64,000 nt of DNA from Candidatus Woesearchaeota archaeon (lineage in GTDB: Archaea; Nanobdellota; Nanobdellia; Woesearchaeales; UBA11576). Position 1 is the first letter of the stretch, and each line of letters starts with the position of its first letter. A program made the translations under genes and the position numbers. Positions 30,331 to 40,184 of this stretch are shown here, one piece after another. The notes beneath the pieces were generated by a model. The model saw only the letters and a list, made by a program, of their open reading frames with translations. It was not told the DNA's origin and searched no databases. The stretch covers positions 36,490 to 100,489 of the forward strand of contig JABJCP010000043.1 in assembly GCA_018668595.1 (NCBI GenBank), given 5' to 3'.

Positions 30331-31695
30331 ATGGATGAAAAAAACGAGGTGCAATTAGACTCTATTGAATCTAATTTATTAGCCGAGCTTGAAAAAAAGA
30401 GCAGTGAACTTTCTCAAAACAATTCATTCTTAGCAGAAAAACTCAAAGAAACAGAATGTACTATTTCTTCATTCAATACTGAACTTGCAAAACTTAAAAA
30501 TGTTAAAGACGCGTTAACCCAAAAAGATATTATTATTACAAAATTAAATAAGAAAATAGAAATTATGTCTTATGCGCAAAAACAACTCGAGTTTGATGCT
30601 CTTGATTTAAATGAACAGGTAACAAAAAAATCAGAATCACTTGATTTTTCTGAATCAAAACTTGTTGAGCGTAATAAAATTATTGAAGACCTAAAGAGCA
30701 AAATTAGTATTCTTTCGTTTGCACAAAAACAACTTGAATCTGAAGTTCTTGATATAAAATCTCAATTAGATAAATCTGTTGCAAATCTTGAGTTTAATAA
30801 AGATGAAATTGTAAACAAAGAATTGGAAGTTACTGAACTTAGCGGACAAATAAAGCACCAATCAGATGCAATTAATCGACTAGAGTCTGAAAGTGCACAT
30901 TTTAGAAATCATGTTGAATTATTAACATCTAAATTACATATTAAAGAAGAGGATTTTAATAAATTTGCTGATGATCTTGCAGAGTCTAGAAAAAAAGTTG
31001 CTTTACTAAATACTACATTAATAAAAAAATCTCAGGAGTTTGAAGCAAAAGAAACAAATTTAACTCAAACATTAAATCAAACAAAAGAAAATCAAGAAGT
31101 TTATGTTAAACGGTTAATTTCTCAATACACTTTAAAAATTATTTCTCTTAAAAATCAGATGGAAAAAATGGACAAACTAATATCTATTAAAAATGGAACT
31201 ATTCAAAATCAAAAAGTTAAAGCTAATAACATAATGTCTGATTTGAATTCTAGGTTCAAAGATCTGATGAGTTCCGAAGATGCAGCAACACTTAATGGAT
31301 TTGAATCTGAAATTACCAGTTCTGATTCTAATGATTTTGAATATGAACTAGATTCAGACTCAATAAATAGTTCAGACGTAAAAGAAGACTCAATACCTGC
31401 CGCAAACTTAGACACAAACAGCAGTTCATTTGATTCGTTTAAACAAGAACTAGTATATGAAGATCAGTCAGAAGAAGCAGCAGTGGAAGAAGAAGAATTA
31501 CTTGTTGATCCATACCAAGAAATTCAAGATCCTTATTCATCTGCTCCAATGCCAAACATTGACGATATTGTACCTATGATTCAAATTGCAATCCAACATG
31601 GAGATCAAGAAATGAGCATAGTTAAGTCTTTAACTAATTCAGGTATTCCAAAAAAAGCAGTTGATTTAGCATTCGAAAAAATAAGACAAGAATAA
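30331..31695 (+). CDS. Long coiled-coil protein with acidic C-terminus
   Basis: Heptad-rich Q/E/K/L composition across about 300 aa, acidic S/D/E tail. 454 aa. Confidence 0.45.
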   Translation: MDEKNEVQLDSIESNLLAELEKKSSELSQNNSFLAEKLKETECTISSFNTELAKLKNVKDALTQKDIIITKLNKKIEIMSYAQKQLEFDALDLNEQVTKKSESLDFSESKLVERNKIIEDLKSKISILSFAQKQLESEVLDIKSQLDKSVANLEFNKDEIVNKELEVTELSGQIKHQSDAINRLESESAHFRNHVELLTSKLHIKEEDFNKFADDLAESRKKVALLNTTLIKKSQEFEAKETNLTQTLNQTKENQEVYVKRLISQYTLKIISLKNQMEKMDKLISIKNGTIQNQKVKANNIMSDLNSRFKDLMSSEDAATLNGFESEITSSDSNDFEYELDSDSINSSDVKEDSIPAANLDTNSSSFDSFKQELVYEDQSEEAAVEEEELLVDPYQEIQDPYSSAPMPNIDDIVPMIQIAIQHGDQEMSIVKSLTNSGIPKKAVDLAFEKIRQE

Positions 31696-31781
31696 CAAAA
31701 AGAATAAACTAAACTACTACATAAACAAATATTAGAAAAAAAAGATAATAAAAAATTAAAAAAAAGTTAATTCTAAATTAT

Positions 31782-32774
31782 TTATCCACCAACATGCTGC
31801 ACTAACAAAGATGTTGTTACACTATTTTTATAATCATATCCAAGATCAAGTCTTACTATTTTCTTAAAGTCACTTGGAGATGTTACTGTTTGTGTACAAC
31901 TTATTTCTCGTGCTCCATTCAGAAGAATTGCATCTCCTTCTACAACACCATTACTTGCTGCTACATTTTGAAGTCCGCTACAAGTTAGTGTATCTGAAAT
32001 TCCTGTGTCAACTTTCACATGTACTTTATTTCTTTTTTGGAATGTTTCTTCACAAGTAGATCCAGATTCGTATAGTTTTCCAGAACCTACATGTTCAATC
32101 TTAAACAAAAAGCTGACTTTAGTTGAGCTTGCAACTGATTCTCTAAAACTAGATACTTTTACTGGCGATCCTGAATTATCAACTGTTTTTTCTTCAGTTA
32201 CTGTACAAAATGTATTTTCTTCTCCACTTACTCCAATCAAGTCTTCAAGAACACACAAATCTGTATTTACTATAGATCCATATTTATAACATACATCTGC
32301 TTTTAGGTTATAAGTCACTTGTCCTGCTAATTCAGTTTGGTGAGAGAATACTGAACCTGATGAAGGGAAATCTAATGTTGCAATTCCTCCAGGTATTCTT
32401 CCACCTTCTGTATCAATCTTTACTCCTCTTAGAGGGTCTGGACTAAACTTTTCTAAATCTGATGTTCCAACGCCAAAGTCTGCAGGATCAAATCCTGTTA
32501 GCATTACTTTTACATCATTTATATCATCAATATTATGACTTCCTTTATTTTCAATTCTAATACTTATTCCAAATGGTTGTTCTTTATCTAGAATTTTTTC
32601 TGGAGGTGCTCCGGGAACAAAGCTTATGGATAATGCTTCTGTTGTTTGTTCAAACATGCTTCCACTTCCTGAAGCTTGCGCATCTGCATTTTGATTTTGA
32701 CCACATCCTACTGCAAATAACATAGATGATATGACCAAAAAGATTAGTATTTTTTTCATGTTTACAGCCTCCAA
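31782..32774 (-). CDS. Secreted lipoprotein, paralog family member 3
   Basis: Signal peptide plus VGCG lipobox. Shares CYKYG...C...D and C-terminal LGYDYKNS motifs with 32899-33840 and 34048-35121. Confidence 0.55.
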   Translation of the reverse strand: MEAVNMKKILIFLVISSMLFAVGCGQNQNADAQASGSGSMFEQTTEALSISFVPGAPPEKILDKEQPFGISIRIENKGSHNIDDINDVKVMLTGFDPADFGVGTSDLEKFSPDPLRGVKIDTEGGRIPGGIATLDFPSSGSVFSHQTELAGQVTYNLKADVCYKYGSIVNTDLCVLEDLIGVSGEENTFCTVTEEKTVDNSGSPVKVSSFRESVASSTKVSFLFKIEHVGSGKLYESGSTCEETFQKRNKVHVKVDTGISDTLTCSGLQNVAASNGVVEGDAILLNGAREISCTQTVTSPSDFKKIVRLDLGYDYKNSVTTSLLVQHVGG

Positions 32775-32898
32775 AAATTTTTTAATAAATTTAATTTTTC
32801 ATTTTTGATATTTTAAATGTTTAATTTAAATATTTAATTTCGACATTTTTAAACATTTAATTATTGATCTTAAAACTTAGTTATCAAAACGTAGTTAT

Positions 32899-33840
32899 CT
32901 ATTCGTCAATACTTCTTATATCTACTTGTTGACTTATACTATTTTTATATCCATACTCGAGTTCAATATTTAATGTGGTTTGATATGCTCCTTGTTGTTG
33001 ACTATGTGGAAATTTACAAAAAATTGTTGCTTGTCCATTCACAAGTCTTAGTTTATCATGATCTGGTTTACATTCTCCAAATGCTTGTCCTTCTCCAAGT
33101 GTTGGAACATAATATCTTATTTTATTTAATTCTTTATAGTCTAATAAATGAGGACAACTACCAATTGAATTAGCGTCAAATGCCACGCCTCCTCCTGCAT
33201 TTGAAATTTGTATTCTAAAATAAGTTGCTTTAGGTGTTGTTTCTTGTTCAATAGATGATACTGCTATTGGTGCTCCTTGACTTCCAGGAGATGCACCATT
33301 AGGGTTACATACTTTATCACTTAATTTATCCGTCGGGTTTGTATCAAGACATACTACTGGATTTGCTCTTGTTTTATATTTATAACAAGCAGTTAATAAA
33401 AATGTTGGATTATATGTTTGAGCTCCTAGCGGAAGATGTAATGCATTTGATTCAAATTCAACTATTTCCATACCACCCTCGGGATTAAACTGAGATTTAC
33501 CTTCTAAATTAAAGACTTGTTGATATCCACCATTATTTATATTTACAATACTTTGATCATATCCTGTTAAATGAAGCGACGCTGCAGGTAAATCATATGT
33601 TCCTGCATTTTTTACTTTAATCATAAAGAGTAATGGTGCTGTAGTATATACTTGCGCAGGTGGTTGATCTGCTAAGAATTCTAATGTTAGTCCTTCTGTT
33701 CCTGAAGGAGTGTATAAACCTATTCCATTTGGTTGATCTGGATTTCCTTTTTGCATTCCCAAACTTCCACAACCCGACAATATTAAAATTGAGAATACTA
33801 CAAGTATGAGAATTAAATGTTTTTTTATGGTTTCATTCAT
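32899..33840 (-). CDS. Secreted lipoprotein, paralog family member 2
   Basis: Signal peptide plus LSGCG lipobox. ACYKYKTRANPVVCLD and LEYGYKNS motifs. Confidence 0.55.
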   Translation of the reverse strand: MNETIKKHLILILVVFSILILSGCGSLGMQKGNPDQPNGIGLYTPSGTEGLTLEFLADQPPAQVYTTAPLLFMIKVKNAGTYDLPAASLHLTGYDQSIVNINNGGYQQVFNLEGKSQFNPEGGMEIVEFESNALHLPLGAQTYNPTFLLTACYKYKTRANPVVCLDTNPTDKLSDKVCNPNGASPGSQGAPIAVSSIEQETTPKATYFRIQISNAGGGVAFDANSIGSCPHLLDYKELNKIRYYVPTLGEGQAFGECKPDHDKLRLVNGQATIFCKFPHSQQQGAYQTTLNIELEYGYKNSISQQVDIRSIDE

Positions 33841-33993
33841 TGTTACTCCTCTTTTTTGATAATAAACACTTATTTTAATTTATATACTTTTCGGTTATTT
33901 TAATTTATTTTATTAAAATATATTATAAACCAATAAATTTGCGCTGAATAGCTAAATGATGGATAAATAATATTTAAACAGGAATAATCCATA

Positions 33994-34038
33994 TTTGAAG
34001 TTTTAAAGTTTAAAAACTTAAAAAATTAAAAGTTCAAA
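33994..34038. terminator. Imperfect 13-nt inverted repeat around a perfect 14-nt palindrome AAGTTTAAAAACTT, immediately 3' of gene 34048-35121
   Basis: tttgaagttttaa ... ttaaaagttcaaa, with one mismatch. T-rich on the transcribed strand after the hairpin. Confidence 0.35.
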
Positions 34039-34047
34039 GGTTTCAAA

Positions 34048-35121
34048 CTATATATTTACATCATCACTTGGAACTGATTTCATTTCAGATTCTAAATTTT
34101 GACACCCTACTTTATCAAGTTCTCCTGATGGCGGAATTATATTTAATTTCTGATGGATTTTTGATTTAAAATTATATTTCAAATTTATTGTCAATGGTGT
34201 TGTAAACGTACCTTCAGTACTAGTTAATTCTGTTTGACATCTTAACATACCCACTTTTGATTTTAGTTCTACTACATTTGAGGGTAACCCTGAACTTGTC
34301 AGACTTTTACAATTAAGTTTTTGTCCCCTTAATTCAACATCTGCATAAATTCTATTTTGTTTTCCAGGATCACTACAACTCAATTTACTTTCTGAAAAAT
34401 ACACTTCTCCGTCTTGAACTTGTGATAATTCTATTGTTACCATTGCTTGTAATTTATTTTTATAAGGAACTATATTTGCATCAACGCGATTAATAGCTAT
34501 TGGTGCACCTTGTCCTCCTGAAAAAGATAAGTTTTGTTGTTCACAAATTTTTTCTATTTCTTCTCGATTAATATTATCCTTAGCAGTTGGATCTAAGCAA
34601 ACATCTACTCCGAATTTTGTTTCGTAATCATAACAAGATATAGCAGTTATTGTTTTAATAATATTATTTTTACTGCCTTTTAATTGATCAAAACAACGAA
34701 CCATTATAGGAAACAGGATAATATCTTCTTCGCCTTCTGATAAAAATTCGGATCTTCCTAAGACTTCAAAATTTTTTGTTAATTTATTTCCTTCTACTAA
34801 AAAAATATTTGAATCTGCATTAAGAATTATTTCCCCTTTTCCTGTGTCAATATCATATGCACCATAATTTTTCACTCTAATGCCGATATCAAATTTGTCA
34901 CCTATGAGAACTGTTTCTGGAGGCATGCTTTCAACAAATTCAAGCATTATTCCTTGTATTCCTTGATATGGATTATGAAGTTGTAAATTACCTGTGCTTT
35001 GTCCACCACCCCATGCTGAAAAACGTGATCCTCCTGAACAACCAGCTAAAGTCATCAAAAATATGAGTATGATAATTATCTGAGTTATAAAAATTAAGTT
35101 TTTTTGTTTATGTGTTTTCAT
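34048..35121 (-). CDS. Secreted lipoprotein, paralog family member 1
   Basis: Signal peptide plus LAGCSGG lipobox. ISCYDYETKFGVDVCLDP and LKYNFKSK motifs. Confidence 0.55.
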   Translation of the reverse strand: MKTHKQKNLIFITQIIIILIFLMTLAGCSGGSRFSAWGGGQSTGNLQLHNPYQGIQGIMLEFVESMPPETVLIGDKFDIGIRVKNYGAYDIDTGKGEIILNADSNIFLVEGNKLTKNFEVLGRSEFLSEGEEDIILFPIMVRCFDQLKGSKNNIIKTITAISCYDYETKFGVDVCLDPTAKDNINREEIEKICEQQNLSFSGGQGAPIAINRVDANIVPYKNKLQAMVTIELSQVQDGEVYFSESKLSCSDPGKQNRIYADVELRGQKLNCKSLTSSGLPSNVVELKSKVGMLRCQTELTSTEGTFTTPLTINLKYNFKSKIHQKLNIIPPSGELDKVGCQNLESEMKSVPSDDVNI

Positions 35122-35135
35122 TTTTTTAAAGTACG

Positions 35136-35187
35136 TTTAATAAATATTTTTAATAAACAATTTTAATAAATACTTTAAATAAATGCA
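35136..35187. repeat. Four tandem 13-nt repeats TTTAATAAAYAWT in the promoter region of lipoprotein gene 34048-35121
   Basis: tttaataaatatt / tttaataaacaat / tttaataaatact / ttaaataaatgca, read directly. Confidence 0.6.
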
Positions 35188-35308
35188 TTTAAAGTAGGAT
35201 ATACTACAATAGTCGCATAAATTATATTACTCGTAAATTATATTATTGTAAGTGATATTATTGTAAAGTATAAAAGTTTTTAGTTAATTCATCGAACATA
35301 TTATTTAA

Positions 35309-37021
35309 TTATGCTGGTTTACCTACCATAGATCCCATTGAACCTGTTGATTCTGATTGGCTTTCGCTCTCTGAACTTGCAGGTAATGTCACGGTTGTTG
35401 AACTAGTTTTTTTTGTTTTTTGTTTTGCACACCAAACATAATCTTTTTTACTATCATCATTATCTTTAGGTCGTACATCTAATTTGTATTCTTTTTGAGT
35501 TCCATATTCATATTCTATTTCTGCTAAAATTAAAACATCATTAGGTTCGTTAGGAAGACGTAAAACTTTTTTTGGATCTAAAATTTCTAAGTGACAAGAA
35601 GGCATTGATTTTTGAAGAGTATGTTCTAATTCATAAAATTCATATTTTTCAGGATTATTCAAATACAACACATTTCTTCCATTTTCTTCTTTTGCAGTCC
35701 ATCCTGAACAAAAATCAACTTGTACACCCCCTATCTGATTAGGTTTTGCAACACCAAATCCGTCTGGAATTACAACTTTTAGTGCATGTACTGTATCTAC
35801 TGTTCCTTCGACCATGTTTTCTACACTTACTTGTATTTTTAATTTTTTAGATGCTATTTGATTATTTTGAGATCCAATACCTCCAAAGCTTCCTGTTCCT
35901 GTATCAATTCCTATTAAAGGCATTTTTTCTGTTTGTATTATTAATTTAATTGGAGCTTTATCTGATTCAGATATTCCGTCGAGGTGCGCCACTTCAGGAT
36001 ACATATCTTTCAATGCTGCAATTACTTCATTTTCATTATCTAAAGTTAATTCTTTATCTCGAGCATATACTTTGAGTTTTTCTTCTAAAAAGTTTTTTTC
36101 AATATATGCATTTTGTAATTCTGCTCTTGTTACAAATCCTTCTGATAGTGCAGTAAAATATACTAAATATGCTTCTGGACAAGTAATATTTTGAGGATAG
36201 CAAGTTATTTCTTCGTCAAAATTTGATGCTGCAGTTATTACTTCAGGAAATACAGGTGAAACTGTTGCGTCGTCTAATCTTTGAAAAGTTCCTGGTGATT
36301 TTTTAAAAATTGATCTTCTAACCACGTGACAAGTAACCATCGTTACTATATCTTCATCATATCCAAATCCATGAACTCTTGATCTAAACTCGATAGATTC
36401 GCGAGAATCAATATCTATAGGAGAGGGTATAAAATATTTTGCGGGATTTGGTGTCCAAGGATTTAACCATTCAACTCCTACAAATTCTTTTGTTTTTGTT
36501 TGTTTTCCTTCAACATAATCTCCTTTGTATATTTGTTCATTTTTTTTCCAACTGAGTTTAAAATTATCAATTAATTTTGATAAAGCGTTTTTACCCCCAT
36601 ACGTTACATCATCTGCTGCAGCTCCAACATCTCCTCCTTGATATTTTGCAATTGCAGCCTGTGCAATTGTAGGGCCTGTAAAATAAAATGCTAATCCGAA
36701 TATTGCAATAATAATTAATGCTTTGAAAAATACACCCATCCAATCTTTAGGACTTTTTTGATCTGGTGAAGGTTCTTCTATAACTACTTTAGGTTCGGGT
36801 TGGGATGATTGAGTAGAATTAATTGGTTCAGCAGAAAATGGCGATTGTTGAACTGGTTGTTGAACTGGTTGTTGAGGATTTGGTTGTTGAAAAGAATTAC
36901 CTAAATTAATAGATCCTTGTGAATTTACAGAGGGATTAATGTTAGGAGAAAGAGGGTTTATTGGAGCTAATCCTTTCTTCCCTAAATTATTAAACTTAAT
37001 ATCATCCACCTCTTTTTTCAA
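35309..37021 (-). CDS. Type-II membrane protein with Q/P-rich cytoplasmic N-terminus and large ectodomain
   Basis: QQPVQQPVQQ low-complexity region, then a single TM (ALIIIAIFGLAFYF), then about 450 aa of extracytoplasmic domain with an S/E/T-rich tail. Confidence 0.5.
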   Translation of the reverse strand: MKKEVDDIKFNNLGKKGLAPINPLSPNINPSVNSQGSINLGNSFQQPNPQQPVQQPVQQSPFSAEPINSTQSSQPEPKVVIEEPSPDQKSPKDWMGVFFKALIIIAIFGLAFYFTGPTIAQAAIAKYQGGDVGAAADDVTYGGKNALSKLIDNFKLSWKKNEQIYKGDYVEGKQTKTKEFVGVEWLNPWTPNPAKYFIPSPIDIDSRESIEFRSRVHGFGYDEDIVTMVTCHVVRRSIFKKSPGTFQRLDDATVSPVFPEVITAASNFDEEITCYPQNITCPEAYLVYFTALSEGFVTRAELQNAYIEKNFLEEKLKVYARDKELTLDNENEVIAALKDMYPEVAHLDGISESDKAPIKLIIQTEKMPLIGIDTGTGSFGGIGSQNNQIASKKLKIQVSVENMVEGTVDTVHALKVVIPDGFGVAKPNQIGGVQVDFCSGWTAKEENGRNVLYLNNPEKYEFYELEHTLQKSMPSCHLEILDPKKVLRLPNEPNDVLILAEIEYEYGTQKEYKLDVRPKDNDDSKKDYVWCAKQKTKKTSSTTVTLPASSESESQSESTGSMGSMVGKPA

Positions 37022-37152
37022 AAAATTAAAAGTAAAAAAATATAAAATAACGAAAAAAATACATTAAAACTAATACATTAATAATACATTAAAAATACAT
37101 TAATTGGATTAAAACATTGAGCTAATAAATTAAATCAACCAACATTATAAAA

Positions 37153-38403
37153 TCAATTATCTCTATATACTTCTAATTCAACAATTTGCAATATTTCGTC
37201 AGGAATTATTTTTATCGCATTATTTCCTTCAATTAAATAATCATTGATCTTCTTTTTGTAAACTCTATCTCTTTGATATATATTTGTTTCAACACCATTA
37301 ATATTTATTCTACCTTCTTTTTGTTCATTGTCATCAACAAATGTTATTTTTAGATATATATCATCAGAATCATCTTCAACATCATCAAATTCATCTTCGT
37401 CAAGATCAAAAAAGTATACTGGCTGTACAATTTCTTTTAGTTCACTCTTGATTTTTATTAGCTCGACTATGTAATTTCCTTTTTCTGTTTTAAATACTAT
37501 TTGATTTTCACCATTACGCAAAATATCTGGTGCAAACTCTACACCCAATGCATATCCACAATCAGGTATTGCTTCATAAACTAAATGATTATTTACTAGT
37601 GCTTGTAATTTTCCAGTCACTCCTAATTCACACTGAGGTGTGAAAATTAATCGTCCTCTTTTTAGATTATTTTTTTCAGTTGCGCTAACAATAAATATGT
37701 TTTTGCTTTGTTGTTGAGTTATGTCTGTTATGTCTCCCGTGATTTGTAAATTTTCAAGTGTGTGTTTGTTTACTTTCCAAAACTGCCACCCAACTGATTC
37801 TGTAAAAAACTCTAATTTATTTGCTCCTTGAGCTACATATTTTTTTGGAACCACAACAGGATCTGGATTTTCTTTTGTAATTTCTTGATTAAATATATCT
37901 TTTCCATTTAGTGTTATTCGCATATTCCCCTCGTGTATTTTAGATACAAAGGTTAATAACAAATTTTCTGTATGGGTTAAATCTTGAATAACAAATGTGA
38001 ACTCAGCACTTGTATCTGAAAACCAACTTTTTTTAGCAGTCAAGCTGCTTTGAGTATCTAATACTTGAGCATCTTGTGTAGCAAATATTGTTAATGCAGG
38101 AATACTGTGAGTTATTTCTTTAGTTGACAATGAAGTTAATGTTCCTGGATTTTCAAGTAATAATGTTTTATTGGATCCTGAATCAGAATCTGAATCAGAA
38201 TCTGTTGAATTTCCTTCTAGAATTTCTTGCCTCACATGAGGTGGAATAAACAGTAAGTAAAATATGATCAACAGTGCAATTACTGCAACTAATGTTGCGG
38301 CTTTTGTTCCATCTTGTGCTTTTCTGCTTATTAAAAACATAGATTTAGATCTGCAATTAGATCTACAATTAGAATTTCCTGATTTTTTTATTCGTGCCAT
38401 CAA
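37153..38403 (-). CDS. Type-II membrane protein with DSDSDSDSGS linker and large ectodomain
   Basis: Basic N-terminus with an NCRSNCRS repeat, single TM (LVAVIALLIIFYLLF), acidic repeat, about 330-aa ectodomain. Confidence 0.5.
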   Translation of the reverse strand: MMARIKKSGNSNCRSNCRSKSMFLISRKAQDGTKAATLVAVIALLIIFYLLFIPPHVRQEILEGNSTDSDSDSDSGSNKTLLLENPGTLTSLSTKEITHSIPALTIFATQDAQVLDTQSSLTAKKSWFSDTSAEFTFVIQDLTHTENLLLTFVSKIHEGNMRITLNGKDIFNQEITKENPDPVVVPKKYVAQGANKLEFFTESVGWQFWKVNKHTLENLQITGDITDITQQQSKNIFIVSATEKNNLKRGRLIFTPQCELGVTGKLQALVNNHLVYEAIPDCGYALGVEFAPDILRNGENQIVFKTEKGNYIVELIKIKSELKEIVQPVYFFDLDEDEFDDVEDDSDDIYLKITFVDDNEQKEGRININGVETNIYQRDRVYKKKINDYLIEGNNAIKIIPDEILQIVELEVYRDN

Positions 38404-38604
38404 ATTTACCCCTTTTCGCCTTGATTTTATTGAATATTTAATTTGAAAAAATACTTAAAATTATATTAATTTAAATTATGATATATTAAATTTATTACCC
38501 CATATATAAATAACAAATTATTTTCATAATATTTTATTTTAATATTAATAACTTTTATGATTAATGAATAGTTTTATATATAAATGTTTTTCTTTTTATG
38601 AACT

Positions 38605-39663
38605 ATGAAACTGATATTATTTAAGAAAACTGATGCTAAAGTTGCAGTTGAAAATTTGGATGATTTGTGGTATTTAAGTAGTATTATCGATCCTGGAGAT
38701 ATTGTTGAAGGTAAAACTGAACGAAAAATTAAGATAGGTGAATCAGGAGATCGGAATCAAAAGGTAATTAAAAAAATTGTCTTTCTCAAAATTGCTATTG
38801 AAAATATTGAGTTTCATCAGTATGCATCAATTCTTAGAGTTTCTGGAAAAATTGTTGATGGTCCTGAAGATATTGCAAGAGGATCATATCACACATTTAA
38901 TGTCGAACCTAACACAACCATTAAAATCATAAAAGAAGAATGGTTAAGATTCCAATCTGAAAAATTAAAGGAAGCTTGTGAAAAAGCAACTCCTAAAGTT
39001 CTTATTTGTCTTTTTGATAGAGAAGATTGTTATATTGCAGTCTTAACTAAACAAGGTTATAAAATTCTTACAAATCTTAAAGGCAATGTTGCAAAAAAAC
39101 AAGAAACAAAATCAATGACTACTAATTTTTATACTGAAATTCTTGATTCATTAAAAGAATATGATTCTAGATATTCTGCATCAAACATAATTCTTGCATC
39201 ACCTGCATTTTGGAAAGAGGATTTTTTAAAAAATGTTAAAGATCAAGATATAAAAAAAAAATTTGTTTTAGCCACTGCTAGTAGCGTAGATGAAAAAGCA
39301 ATCAATGAAGTTTTAAAACGTCCTGAAACTCAAACTGTTTTAAAATCTGATCGTGTTGCAAAAGAACTAAAACTTGTAGAACAATTATTAGATGAGATTT
39401 CTAAAGAAGGTCTTGCAGTTTATGGAATTAAAGAAACAAAAACAGCAATTGATGCAGGCGCTGTTAAAATTCTTTTGGTAACAGATCATATAATTCAAAA
39501 ACTTAGACTACAACAAAAATTTAATTCTCTTAATAAATTGATGAAAAATGCAGATAAAGTTGGAGCAGATATTGTAATTATTAGTTCTGATCATGATGCA
39601 GGTAAAAAACTTGATGGTCTTGGTAGTGTTGCTGCAATTCTTAGGTATAAGTTAACTTATTGA
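38605..39663 (+). CDS. pelA: Pelota (Dom34) ribosome-rescue factor
   Basis: N-terminal MKL...DLWYLSSIIDPGDIVEGKT matches the Pelota N-domain. 352 aa with the eRF1-like three-domain length. Confidence 0.75.
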   Translation: MKLILFKKTDAKVAVENLDDLWYLSSIIDPGDIVEGKTERKIKIGESGDRNQKVIKKIVFLKIAIENIEFHQYASILRVSGKIVDGPEDIARGSYHTFNVEPNTTIKIIKEEWLRFQSEKLKEACEKATPKVLICLFDREDCYIAVLTKQGYKILTNLKGNVAKKQETKSMTTNFYTEILDSLKEYDSRYSASNIILASPAFWKEDFLKNVKDQDIKKKFVLATASSVDEKAINEVLKRPETQTVLKSDRVAKELKLVEQLLDEISKEGLAVYGIKETKTAIDAGAVKILLVTDHIIQKLRLQQKFNSLNKLMKNADKVGADIVIISSDHDAGKKLDGLGSVAAILRYKLTY

Positions 39664-39718
39664 AATTAAATTAGTAATAAAAAAAAATAGTATTTAAAAA
39701 AATAAACAGTAACCTATT

Positions 39719-40117
39719 TTACTCTCTTTCTCCTCTAAAGATATCAAATATAGAAACAATTATTATTGGAACTAATCCTAATGCTAAATGACTTAACATA
39801 TCTTTATTTACTTTTTCAAAAACTTTTAAAAAATTAATATAAAACAAAGTGTTAAATGCAGGAGAAATTAAAATTGCTGCACATGCGACCACAACAACAG
39901 ACTCAACAAGAATTCTTACGCGAATTCCATTGTTAAATGCGTGAAAAAATAAAATTAATGCATGAGTTATTAAAAAAATAGAAACTATAACTGCAAGCAA
40001 TGTTTTCAAATCAGGCATGAATAAATCAAATGTTTTATAGTGTTCGCCAAGTAAAATTACCATTGCAATAACTAAAGATATTGCTTGAAAAACCTCCAAT
40101 ATTTTTATTAAATCCAT
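39719..40117 (-). CDS. Small polytopic membrane protein
   Basis: Four hydrophobic segments in 132 aa. Confidence 0.4.
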   Translation of the reverse strand: MDLIKILEVFQAISLVIAMVILLGEHYKTFDLFMPDLKTLLAVIVSIFLITHALILFFHAFNNGIRVRILVESVVVVACAAILISPAFNTLFYINFLKVFEKVNKDMLSHLALGLVPIIIVSIFDIFRGERE

Positions 40118-40184
40118 TTGATTTACTCTTATTAGTTATATTTATTGATTTTTATTTATTTGTACATTTAATTATTTTCAATTT

